Source: a virus
Lineage: Duplodnaviria > Caudoviricetes
IMG/VR virus record: IMGVR_UViG_3300020431_000005
Location: 32,001 to 96,000 of that record
DNA: 64,000 nt
Reading direction: 5' to 3' (one strand)
The notes beneath the pieces are model-generated. The model saw only the letters and a program-made list of their open reading frames with translations. It was not told where the DNA came from and did not search any database. This document shows positions 10,891 to 19,567 of this stretch, in pieces (the stretch's first letter is position 1; each line of letters begins with the position of its first letter). A program made the position numbers and the translations under genes.

Positions 10891-11898
10891 ATGTCAACTG
10901 TTAATACTGATAGGGCCAATATTGGAATTGGTATTAAAATTCCGTCATTAACTCAGTCTCAAATCAATAGTCGTTCTACGAGCGGTGGTGATATTGTATA
11001 CAATAGCACCGAAGAGACAATGCAGATCTACAATTCTGTAGAAGGGCAATGGGAAATTATTGGAGAGGGAGCATCTTTGTATGATTTCTCATCAGCAACT
11101 TTTACTACTCCAATAGAAGGATCTTCAGGTCCTTCTTTGGCGCAAATTAGATCCGGAATTTCTGGTAATGATGCATGGAAAAATGACACAAATTTTCTAA
11201 ATGTATCATCTGGTATTATTACATGGGCAGTTCCTGCTGATGGAAATTACCAGATTACCGTAAAAGGTGGGCAAGGTGGTAGAAGTAATTGTTATGGACC
11301 TGCTGGTGGATTAGGTGCTACCTTAGCAGGAACATTTTCATTGACTGCAGGTGATACCCTTAAAATGGTTATTGGACAAAGAGGAACTAACAACTGTTAT
11401 GACTGTGGCGGCGGTGGCGGTACTTATGTATGCGATAGCAGCAACAGTCCATTAATTATTGCAGCAGGTGGCGGTGCTGGATCTGCTTCTGGATATCCTT
11501 ATGGTGGTAATGGTTATCATGGAAGGCACGACCAAACCAACGGATCTTTAGGTTACAGCAGCAGACCTGGTGGAACTAATGGATCTGGTGGCAGTGGATA
11601 TAGTGCATCTGGAGGTGGCGGAGGTTTAACTGGAGACGGTAGCGGATCTTGGTATGGCAGAGCTTTTACCAATGGAGCTGGAGGTGGTCCTGGACAAGCT
11701 CAAGGTGGTTTTGGCGGTGGCGGCGGCGGTGGAGGCACCAATGGCGCTGGCGGTGGTGGTGGATACTCTGGTGGTGGCGCAACTCAATGGAGTTTCTGGG
11801 GTGCTGGTGGAGGATCATATAATAATGGTTCTAGTCAATCAGGATCAACAGGAAATAATTCAAATGCTGGATCAATAAGTATACAATTTCAAGGATAG
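10891..11898 (+). CDS. Glycine-rich fibre-tip/adhesin-like protein, copy 1
   Basis: N-terminal fibre motif (GDIVYNSTEETMQIYN..W) followed by a polyglycine domain (GGQGG, CGGGGGTY, GFGGGGGGG, AGGGGGYSGG, AGGGSY). Confidence 0.75.
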   Translation: MSTVNTDRANIGIGIKIPSLTQSQINSRSTSGGDIVYNSTEETMQIYNSVEGQWEIIGEGASLYDFSSATFTTPIEGSSGPSLAQIRSGISGNDAWKNDTNFLNVSSGIITWAVPADGNYQITVKGGQGGRSNCYGPAGGLGATLAGTFSLTAGDTLKMVIGQRGTNNCYDCGGGGGTYVCDSSNSPLIIAAGGGAGSASGYPYGGNGYHGRHDQTNGSLGYSSRPGGTNGSGGSGYSASGGGGGLTGDGSGSWYGRAFTNGAGGGPGQAQGGFGGGGGGGGTNGAGGGGGYSGGGATQWSFWGAGGGSYNNGSSQSGSTGNNSNAGSISIQFQG

Positions 11899-11903
11899 AT
11901 AAA
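11086..11903 (+). repeat. Dispersed ~818-bp imperfect direct repeat, copy A (copy B at 13990-14807)
   Basis: Colinear, indel-free DNA similarity with constant 2904-bp offset, running through the stop codon to GATAGATAAA. Confidence 0.9.
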
Positions 11904-11905
11904 AA

Positions 11906-12397
11906 ATGAAATATATTAAATTGGTAAACAACATTCCTATTAATTATACAATAGAACAATTTATCGAAGAATATCCAGAAGTTAAAATTTACACAAAGGT
12001 AAAAGGAATTCCAGATAAAAATGTTTTAAAACAGTATGATGTATTCCCTGTGATTACTACCGCGTCTCCGGAAATAACGGCAGATACAGAAGTAGTGGAA
12101 ATAGATCCTCAACAAAATTGGAATGGTGAGTGGATTCAGCAATGGGAAGTAAAGGAGATTCACAAATCAATTGATGATATGGAAGTTGAGGAAGAGAAGG
12201 GATTTAAATTTCCTAATCTTGGTCCTGATGCATTTGCTACTAATGAACAAAGACTAGAAAGAATGAATATTTGTCAAGACTGTGATAGATATAGAAAATC
12301 TACTAGACAATGTAAAGAGTGTGGATGTTTTATGGTTCTCAAAGCGCAACTAAAAGTATCCGCATGTCCCCTAGACAAGTGGGGAAAATTAGTCTAA
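11906..12397 (+). CDS. Putative fibre assembly/partner protein with C-terminal Cys-rich domain
   Basis: N-terminus is paralogous to 13478 (IKL.N..PI.Y.IEQFIE..P.V; WIQ.W); C-terminal CxxC-x9-CxxCGC-x11-CPxxKW. Confidence 0.65.
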   Translation: MKYIKLVNNIPINYTIEQFIEEYPEVKIYTKVKGIPDKNVLKQYDVFPVITTASPEITADTEVVEIDPQQNWNGEWIQQWEVKEIHKSIDDMEVEEEKGFKFPNLGPDAFATNEQRLERMNICQDCDRYRKSTRQCKECGCFMVLKAQLKVSACPLDKWGKLV

Positions 12398-12421
12398 ATA
12401 AGATATAGAGTACTTTTAAAA

Positions 12422-13465
12422 ATGGCAGAAACTTCAAAACTTACGGTTGACACAGCTAACGTCTCACAAAATTTAGTTTTTGCAAGATTATCTGCAGCCG
12501 CGAGAGATGCACATTTTGCAGCCAATCCTCCGGAGATTGGCATGCTCATTTTTAATGATGATGACAAAGTTTTAGAATTTTGGAATGGTAGTGAATGGAA
12601 ACTCGCTCTTGGAAATCGAACGGGTGGAGGAGGAGCACAAAGATATGAGTTCAACAGTTTTGAATATGATGCCACTGAGACGAGTGCTACTGGTCCATCG
12701 TTAGCGACTGTTGTAGGCAGGATTTCTGGTAATGATGCATGGAAAAATAACACAGAATATTTAAATGTTAGCGGTGGAGTCTGGTCATGGACCCCACCAG
12801 GAACCGGAAACTACAAAATTGAATGTTGGGGTGCCCAAGGTGGTAGAAGTAATTATTATGGACCTGCTGGTGGATTAGGAGTATATGCTACCGGTACTGT
12901 GAATATCCAAGGTGGAACTAAATTAAAAATTGTTGTCGGACAAAAAGGTGGAAGTAATGGATATGATTGTGGCGGCGGTGGCGGTACTTATGTCTGTGAA
13001 GATGACAACACACCTCTAGTTATTGCAGGAGGTGGTGGTGGTGGATCTGCTTCTGGAATGAATGGACCAGGACCACAAAATGGAACCACTAGTGAAACTG
13101 GAGGTAGCACTGCATATGGTCCGGGAGGATCTAATGGCGCTGGTGGCGGCGGTAATAATGGAGCTGCTGGTGGTGGCGGAGGAACAACCGGAAACGGTAA
13201 TGGAAGTTGGGGAGGGCAAGGTTTGAGTGCCGGATCTCAAGGTGGTTCTGGTACTAGTGGTGGTTCTGGTGGTTTTGGCGGTGGCGGTGGCGGCGGTCAA
13301 ACAAATGGCGCTGGTGGCGGCGGTGGTTATGGCGGTGGAGCTATGTCTAGATGGAGTTATTATGCTGCTGGTGGAGGTTCTTATGTAACCAGTGATGCTC
13401 AGAGCGTAGTGAAGACTGCAGGGCAAAAATCAAATGCCGGTAAAATTAAAATTACTAAAGTGTAA
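12422..13465 (+). CDS. Glycine-rich fibre-tip/adhesin-like protein, copy 2 (divergent)
   Basis: GMLIFNDDDKVLEFWNGSEW motif, then the same polyglycine domain architecture as copies 1 and 3. Confidence 0.75.
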   Translation: MAETSKLTVDTANVSQNLVFARLSAAARDAHFAANPPEIGMLIFNDDDKVLEFWNGSEWKLALGNRTGGGGAQRYEFNSFEYDATETSATGPSLATVVGRISGNDAWKNNTEYLNVSGGVWSWTPPGTGNYKIECWGAQGGRSNYYGPAGGLGVYATGTVNIQGGTKLKIVVGQKGGSNGYDCGGGGGTYVCEDDNTPLVIAGGGGGGSASGMNGPGPQNGTTSETGGSTAYGPGGSNGAGGGGNNGAAGGGGGTTGNGNGSWGGQGLSAGSQGGSGTSGGSGGFGGGGGGGQTNGAGGGGGYGGGAMSRWSYYAAGGGSYVTSDAQSVVKTAGQKSNAGKIKITKV

Positions 13466-13477
13466 GGATGAGATGAA

Positions 13478-13744
13478 ATGACAAGATTAATTAAATTAGA
13501 AAATAAGCACAATCCTATTGAATATTCAATAGAACAATTTATTGAAGATCATCCGGATGTGGATCCATGTGATGCAGAGTTTCAAGAACTTTCTCCTGAA
13601 ATTTTATTAAAGTATGATATTCACATTCTCCACGAAGTAGTAAAACCGTCAATTAATGGAAATTTTGTAGAAGGTCCTCCTGTGTTTCTTGCAGAGAAAT
13701 GGATTCAAAACTGGATTAAACAAGTGCCATCACCGTGGGAATAA
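13478..13744 (+). CDS. Small putative fibre partner/chaperone protein
   Basis: 88 aa; paralogue of the N-terminal half of 11906..12397. Confidence 0.6.
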   Translation: MTRLIKLENKHNPIEYSIEQFIEDHPDVDPCDAEFQELSPEILLKYDIHILHEVVKPSINGNFVEGPPVFLAEKWIQNWIKQVPSPWE

Positions 13745-13770
13745 ATAATAGTAATAGGTCTATAATATAA

Positions 13771-14802
13771 ATGTCTACCTTAAACGTAAATCACCTTTTT
13801 ATCAATACTGATCTCAATATTCCACAATACAGTGAGGCAGCTAGAGATGCTTTGCCAAAAATTATTGGTGCCGTGATTTATAATACAACTTCAGGTCAAT
13901 TTGAAGTTTGGACGGGAGATCCAGATAGTGAAGTAGACTCAGAATATGGAGTCGGGTGGATTTCTTCTCCTGGTCCGACACTATATGAATTCTCATCAGC
14001 AACTTTTACTACTCCAATAGAAGGATATCAAGGTCCTTCTTTGGCGCAAATTAGATCTGGAATTTCTGGCAACACGGCATGGAAAAGTGATACAAATTTT
14101 CTAAATGTATCAGCTGGTGTTATTTCATGGGCAGTTCCTATTGACGGAAATTACCAGATTACCGTAAAAGGTGGTCAAGGTGGTAGAAGTAATTGTTATG
14201 GACCTGCTGGTGGATTAGGTGCTAGATTAACAGGAACATTTGCTTTATCCCAAGGCGATACCCTTAAAATGGTCATTGGACAAAGAGGAACCAATAACTG
14301 CTATGACTGCGGAGGAGGCGGTGGAACATATGTATGCACATCTAATAATTCTCCTTTAATTATTGCAGCAGGTGGCGGTGCTGGATCTGCTTCTGGATAT
14401 CCTTATGGTGGCAATGGTTATCATGGAAGGCATGATATTACCAACGGATCTTTAGGTTACAGCGGCAGACCTGGAGGAACCAATGGCTCTGGTGGCACTG
14501 GATATAATGCTGCTGGAGGTGGTGGAGGTTTAACTGGAGACGGTAGCGGATCTTGGTATGGCAGAGCTTTTACCAACGGAGCTCAAGGTGGTCCTGGTTC
14601 TGCTCAAGGTGGTTTTGGCGGCGGTGGCGGCGGTGGAGGCACTAATGGCGCTGGTGGCGGCGGTGGATATTCTGGTGGCGGTGCAACTCAATGGAGTTTC
14701 TGGGGTGCTGGAGGAGGATCATATAATGGTGGTAATTCTCAATCAGGAACAACAGGAGATAATTCAAATGCTGGATCAATAAGTATAACCTATCAAGGAT
14801 AG
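13771..14802 (+). CDS. Glycine-rich fibre-tip/adhesin-like protein, copy 3
   Basis: GAVIYNTTSGQFEVW motif; C-terminal ~270 aa nearly identical to copy 1. Confidence 0.75.
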   Translation: MSTLNVNHLFINTDLNIPQYSEAARDALPKIIGAVIYNTTSGQFEVWTGDPDSEVDSEYGVGWISSPGPTLYEFSSATFTTPIEGYQGPSLAQIRSGISGNTAWKSDTNFLNVSAGVISWAVPIDGNYQITVKGGQGGRSNCYGPAGGLGARLTGTFALSQGDTLKMVIGQRGTNNCYDCGGGGGTYVCTSNNSPLIIAAGGGAGSASGYPYGGNGYHGRHDITNGSLGYSGRPGGTNGSGGTGYNAAGGGGGLTGDGSGSWYGRAFTNGAQGGPGSAQGGFGGGGGGGGTNGAGGGGGYSGGGATQWSFWGAGGGSYNGGNSQSGTTGDNSNAGSISITYQG

Positions 14803-14807
14803 ATAAA
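13990..14807 (+). repeat. Dispersed ~818-bp imperfect direct repeat, copy B
   Basis: Aligns without gaps to 11086-11903. Confidence 0.9.
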
Positions 14808-14827
14808 TACTACATACACAATTACAT

Positions 14828-15034
14828 GTGATAACTATGGATCCCACACAACTTAAAACAAATTTTGAAGAGCAGATTGCTTCTACAGAAAAGCAAATTG
14901 CTGAACTAGAAAAAAATCTAGTCAAAGCAAAAGAATATAAAATTAAATTAGAAGGAGGTCTAGAAACTCTAGGTCTTCTAGAAGAGAAACCTGAGGAAGA
15001 AGCAGAAGCAGCACCCACAGAAGTAGTAGAATAA
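14828..15034 (+). CDS. Small coiled-coil protein
   Basis: Heptad-rich with acidic tail; true start may be ATG 14837. Confidence 0.6.
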   Translation: MITMDPTQLKTNFEEQIASTEKQIAELEKNLVKAKEYKIKLEGGLETLGLLEEKPEEEAEAAPTEVVE

Positions 15035-15041
15035 CTCTCAG

Positions 15042-15076
15042 ATCCCTTCTTCCTAAATAGGTAAGAAGGGATTTTT
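15042..15076 (+). terminator. Rho-independent terminator with late promoter CTAAATA in its loop
   Basis: ATCCCTTCTT-CCT-AAAT-AGG-T-AAGAAGGGAT followed by TTTT. Confidence 0.75.
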
Positions 15077-15083
15077 GTGTGTA

Positions 15084-15884
15084 ATGGCGTCTCCAAATTC
15101 AAGAGCTGATCTTATCACATATTGTAAGAGGCAACTTGGTGAGCCTGTATTACAAGTCAACATCGATGACGAGCAAGTAAATAATGTTATTGATGACACG
15201 TATCAGTTCTTCCAAGAGAACTGCTACAACGGTATGGAGAGATGTTTTCTGAGGCATAAAATTACTGCTGAAGACATAACTCGTTTCGATAGTAAAGCGA
15301 CAACATCATCAGGAACAACAGACTGGGAAGAATCTACTAACTATATTCCTATCCCAGATCATGTAGTTGGTATCAGTAAAGTTTATGGTCTAGTCAGTAA
15401 CTCAATTAGATCTAATCTTTTTGGTGTTGAGTATCAAATGTTTCTGAATGATCTATATGCATTTGGATCTCTTGATATTGTCAACTACTTTATGAATAAG
15501 CAGTATCTAGAAACTCTAGATATGATTCTGAATAATGGAGCATTCCAACAATTCAGATACACACAACGTCGTGATCGTTTATATCTTGACATCAAAAAAT
15601 CATTCCTCAATGAAGACAGATATCTTGTAATTGAGGCACATAGGATGATTGATCCTACAGATGCTACAGAAATGAATAATGATATGTTTGTCAAGAAATA
15701 TGCTGCTGCTCTCATGAAGAGACAGTGGGGTCAAAACTTGATTAAATATAACAACGTCCAACTACCTGGTGGCATTACGCTCAATGGTAGAGAGTTATAT
15801 ACAGACGCACTAGCAGAAATTGAGAAAATCGAAAGCGAAGTTCTCAGTAAGTATGCATTACCACCCATGGATATGATCGGATAA
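15084..15884 (+). CDS. g13: Neck protein gp13
   Basis: LITYCKRQLGEPVLQVNIDDEQ; KRQWGQNLIKY..VQLPGG; T4-like synteny. Confidence 0.92.
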   Translation: MASPNSRADLITYCKRQLGEPVLQVNIDDEQVNNVIDDTYQFFQENCYNGMERCFLRHKITAEDITRFDSKATTSSGTTDWEESTNYIPIPDHVVGISKVYGLVSNSIRSNLFGVEYQMFLNDLYAFGSLDIVNYFMNKQYLETLDMILNNGAFQQFRYTQRRDRLYLDIKKSFLNEDRYLVIEAHRMIDPTDATEMNNDMFVKKYAAALMKRQWGQNLIKYNNVQLPGGITLNGRELYTDALAEIEKIESEVLSKYALPPMDMIG

Positions 15885-15885
15885 A

Positions 15886-17349
15886 ATGCCTACTAGTCCC
15901 TACTTTCCAACTTACTATTCAGGACACAGTGGCGAGCAAGGTCTCGTTCAGAATCTTGTGGACGAACAAATTAAATTGTTTGGAACAGATATTTACTACA
16001 TCCCAAGAATAGTTCTACAAGATAACACTCTAGATGAAGTTAGATACTCCAAGTATCAAGAACAATTTCAGATTGAGATGATTTTACAGAACGTCATGGG
16101 ATTTGGAGACAACGCTGAGTTTATCTCCAAGTTTGGTTTGAGGATTACTGATGAGATTATCTTCCGAGTATCTACTAGGAGATGGGACGAGGAAGTAGCA
16201 GAGCACAGTCCAAGTCTTACAGTAACTTCTAGACCCAATGAAGGAGATTTACTTTACTTCCCGTTAACACAAGACATCTACGAAATTAAGTTTGTCGGAA
16301 AAGAAGAACCATTCTTCCAGTTTGGTAAGATCCAATTCTATGCTATCACTGCTGAAATCTACGAAATCGGTAGTGATGACTTTGATACTGGTGTTGAGGA
16401 GATTGATGATATCGAACAACTCTTTGATCCTGCCATCAAACTCTTTATGGATCCTGGTGGATCTGGAGACTTCCAAGTTGGTGAAGAAATTGTTGGTGAT
16501 GAATTCTTAGCGAAAGCAACCGCAACAATCGATAGTGGCGCAGTAAATTCAATTGTTCTAACTGATGGAGGTTCTCACTATAAATCAGCAACTCCCCCAT
16601 CAGTAACTATAGGTTCTCCACCCGCACCAGGATCAGTTACAAATATGCAAACATCTAACGATAATGGAGTATTTGCTACAGATTCTGGAACTGGATATTT
16701 ATCTGGAGTTACTTACAATACAACCACCATGACCAATTATGGTCCTGGAACAGGATCTGGATTAACCATCAGAATTGATAATTTATCTAGTCAAGGTGGA
16801 GTTAGGGGTTCTGGTGGACAAACAATGAGTAACATCACAATCATTAATAGTGGTAGTGGATATACAAAAGACTTGACTGGAAGTGGTGGTTCGCAAGGAT
16901 CACTTGTTCGTGTCGATGGCGGAAATGACGATTTATATCTAAGGGTAAATTATGTTTCTGTAACGTCTCCAGCAGCTGCAACTGCAAACGTTAGTAGCAC
17001 TGGTATTGTTAATGGCATCACTATCACTGATCCAGGTAGTGGTTATACTAGTGCTCCTACTGTCACCATTGATTACTCACCTAAGGATAATAGAGCAGAA
17101 GTCAAGTCTTGGGATAGCGCAACCAGAGCTCTGGAAGTATACAATAGAACAGGAACCTTTACTACTGCTGAAATAGTTACTGGACTAACCTCAGGTGCTA
17201 CCTGGTCTCCGGAGACATTTGACACTCTAAATAATACCAACAGCAACTACGATCAGAATAGACAGATCGAAGATTCTGGTGATGAGATTATTGACTGGAC
17301 TGAAGGTAATCCATTCGGTGAATTTGGTAACTTTACGGATAGCATCTAA
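15886..17349 (+). CDS. g14: Neck protein gp14 with inserted Gly/Thr-rich domains
   Basis: EQGLVQNLVDEQIKLFG; ISKFGL; RPNEGDLLYFP; C-terminal NPFGE. Confidence 0.9.
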   Translation: MPTSPYFPTYYSGHSGEQGLVQNLVDEQIKLFGTDIYYIPRIVLQDNTLDEVRYSKYQEQFQIEMILQNVMGFGDNAEFISKFGLRITDEIIFRVSTRRWDEEVAEHSPSLTVTSRPNEGDLLYFPLTQDIYEIKFVGKEEPFFQFGKIQFYAITAEIYEIGSDDFDTGVEEIDDIEQLFDPAIKLFMDPGGSGDFQVGEEIVGDEFLAKATATIDSGAVNSIVLTDGGSHYKSATPPSVTIGSPPAPGSVTNMQTSNDNGVFATDSGTGYLSGVTYNTTTMTNYGPGTGSGLTIRIDNLSSQGGVRGSGGQTMSNITIINSGSGYTKDLTGSGGSQGSLVRVDGGNDDLYLRVNYVSVTSPAAATANVSSTGIVNGITITDPGSGYTSAPTVTIDYSPKDNRAEVKSWDSATRALEVYNRTGTFTTAEIVTGLTSGATWSPETFDTLNNTNSNYDQNRQIEDSGDEIIDWTEGNPFGEFGNFTDSI

Positions 17350-18149
17350 TGTTAGGATCACATTTTTACAATCAAATTGTTCGTAAGAATATTATTGCGT
17401 TTGGTACGCTCTTCAATAATATTACGATGAAGAGCAGTGATCCTAACACAGGAGAAGTTTTAGAAGAACAAAAAGTTCCTCTAGCATACGGACCCAAGCA
17501 AAAGTTTCTTGTTCGTCTAGAAGAGAATGCTGCTTCGTCTAAAGTAGCAATTACTTTGCCACGCCTCTACTTTGAGATGACAGGTGTTGAATATGATTCT
17601 TCCCGTAAGACATCACCAATTCAAAAATACAAAACAATCATTGCTGATAATGGTAATGAAGTCAAAGTGCAGTATGTTCCTGTTCCTTATAATATAAGTT
17701 TTGAACTAGGAATTATTGCTAAGTCTCAAGATGATGCACTACAAATTCTAGAGCAGATCTTGCCATACTTCCAACCATCATTTTCTGTGACTCTTAATAT
17801 GATTCCAGATATGAATGAGAAAAAAGATATTGCTATTGTATTAAACAATATTGGCAGCGAAGATGAGTGGGATGACAGTTTTCTAGAGCGTAGATACATT
17901 AACTACACTCTCAACTTCACAATGAAGTCATACCTCTACGGTCCTTACAGCACTTCCAATATTATCAGGAAGGCAATTATCCATGAAACTATTGGAGATG
18001 CTGCTGTCAATCGTAGAACTATTACACGAACATATACACCCAAAGCAGTTGTAGACATTAATACAGATGGCGTCATCGATGTAAATGATGACGCACTAGT
18101 GGATGCTGGCGATGACTTTGGATTTAATGAAGGGATTGAATTCTTATGA
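17349..18149 (+). CDS. g15: Tail sheath stabiliser/terminator gp15
   Basis: FYNQIVRKNIIAFGTLFN; VPLAYGPKQKF; QILEQILPYFQP. Confidence 0.92.
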   Translation: MLGSHFYNQIVRKNIIAFGTLFNNITMKSSDPNTGEVLEEQKVPLAYGPKQKFLVRLEENAASSKVAITLPRLYFEMTGVEYDSSRKTSPIQKYKTIIADNGNEVKVQYVPVPYNISFELGIIAKSQDDALQILEQILPYFQPSFSVTLNMIPDMNEKKDIAIVLNNIGSEDEWDDSFLERRYINYTLNFTMKSYLYGPYSTSNIIRKAIIHETIGDAAVNRRTITRTYTPKAVVDINTDGVIDVNDDALVDAGDDFGFNEGIEFL

Positions 18150-18559
18150 GTAACCTAGAAGATAACATGGAGGAAATCCTCAACATTAGTGCTGAACCTG
18201 TTGAGGAATCCAAACCATCCAAACCCCAACCACCCAAGGTTGATGCTGAAGATCGTGAGAAAGATTATAGATATACACGAACAGAATTGTACTCCCTCAT
18301 AGACAAGGGTCAGGAGGCGGTCAACGGTGCCTTAGAGGTCGCTCAGGAGTCAGGGCACCCAAGAGCGTATGAAGTCGCTGTAGCGGCAATGAAGCACGTT
18401 GCAGACATGACAGACAAACTTGCTGATCTTCATAAGAAGATGAAGGATCTTGACGAAGATAAGAAAGGTCCATCCAAAGTTACCAACAACGCTATGTTTG
18501 TAGGATCTACAGCAGAGCTTCAGAAGATGCTCAAAAATATGAGTGGAGGTAAACGCTAA
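18146..18559 (+). CDS. g16: Terminase small subunit gp16
   Basis: ESGHPRAYEV; NNAMFVGSTAELQKML. Confidence 0.92.
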   Translation: MSNLEDNMEEILNISAEPVEESKPSKPQPPKVDAEDREKDYRYTRTELYSLIDKGQEAVNGALEVAQESGHPRAYEVAVAAMKHVADMTDKLADLHKKMKDLDEDKKGPSKVTNNAMFVGSTAELQKMLKNMSGGKR

Positions 18560-18587
18560 ATAATCTCGTACACCCTCGTCGGTTGTC

Positions 18588-19013
18588 ATGAGAGATTATA
18601 AAGATCTAAAAGAACTCTGTGAAGCAAAGCGCGGTCTCTACGCAAATATCCACGCAAAGCGAAAACGAGGAGAAGCACCAGCGAAGTCAGGTAGTAAGGA
18701 CTACCCCGCTAAGGATGCTTTTCAAAAGGCGGCGAGGACTGCCAAAGAAAGTTTTGAACTCACCACAGAAGCAGCCTGGACAAAAAAGTCAGGCAAAAAT
18801 AAAGAAGGAGGTCTCAATGAAAAGGGACGAAGATCTTATGAAAAGGAAAATCCAGGATCTGACCTTAAAGCACCAAGCAAGAAGGTTGGAAACCCCCGTC
18901 GCGCATCGTTCTGCGCTAGAATGAAGGGCATGAAAAAGAAGTTGACCAGTAAGAAAACTGCTAGTGATAAGGACAGCAGAATTAACAAATCATTACGTGC
19001 GTGGAATTGCTGA
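18588..19013 (+). CDS. Basic hypothetical protein (DUF6321-like; putative internal head protein)
   Basis: GLYANIHAKRKRGE; EAAWTKKSGKNKEGGLNEKG; RRASFCARM; SLRAWNC. Confidence 0.7.
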   Translation: MRDYKDLKELCEAKRGLYANIHAKRKRGEAPAKSGSKDYPAKDAFQKAARTAKESFELTTEAAWTKKSGKNKEGGLNEKGRRSYEKENPGSDLKAPSKKVGNPRRASFCARMKGMKKKLTSKKTASDKDSRINKSLRAWNC

Positions 19014-19074
19014 CATACTTGTTAAAAGTATGTTAAAATAGAGCAATTTTACTCACACAATCTATAATTATATC

Positions 19075-19242
19075 ATGAGTTCTGATATGACAATGCGTTT
19101 AAACGACTGCGACATCACACGCCTAATCACGGCTTGCCGTCTCTATCAAGAGAAGACAGGTTCTGAGTGGATGTGGGACGAGTATAATGATCTAATCAAT
19201 AAACTCAATACTTACAAAGAACAACATTCTGTATCAAAATGA
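19075..19242 (+). CDS. Small hypothetical protein (55 aa, not in ORF track)
   Basis: MSSDMTMRLNDCDITRLITACRLYQEKTGSEWMWDEYNDLINKL...; stop overlaps petE ATG (ATGA). Confidence 0.65.
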   Translation: MSSDMTMRLNDCDITRLITACRLYQEKTGSEWMWDEYNDLINKLNTYKEQHSVSK

Positions 19243-19562
19243 AAGCTCTAATCACGTTTCTGGTTGTGTTATTTTTTGCTGCTCCGGTGTGGGCAGTGGA
19301 TGTATCAATGGGTGCCGGTGGCAACCTAGTATTTGAACCTAATGAGATTACAATCTCTGCAGGAGACACAGTTCACTTCATCAATGAATCACTACCTCCT
19401 CACAATATTATTGTTGAGGCACGTCCTGATCTCTCAAGAGAAGCACTACTGTTTGCTCCAGGAGAATCACAAGATGTTGTATTTGCTGACACAGGAGACT
19501 ATAACTTCTTCTGTGGTCCTCACCAGGGCGCAGGTATGACTGGAGTTGTTCACGTAAATTAA
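19239..19562 (+). CDS. petE: Plastocyanin
   Basis: Signal peptide ending VWA; LVFEP..I.I..GDTV; PPHNI; copper ligands in CGPHQGAGM. Confidence 0.95.
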   Translation: MKALITFLVVLFFAAPVWAVDVSMGAGGNLVFEPNEITISAGDTVHFINESLPPHNIIVEARPDLSREALLFAPGESQDVVFADTGDYNFFCGPHQGAGMTGVVHVN

Positions 19563-19567
19563 ATAAC

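Noticed and set aside
10891-14802. PE-PGRS, collagen or simple GGC microsatellite calls
   Set aside because: No PE domain and no Gly-X-Y periodicity; the GGN runs are glycine codons in a phage structural context
11086-14807. Diversity-generating retroelement (TR/VR pair) for the 818-bp repeat
   Set aside because: Differences are mostly synonymous C/T changes, not adenine-specific; both copies are coding; no reverse transcriptase is in the window
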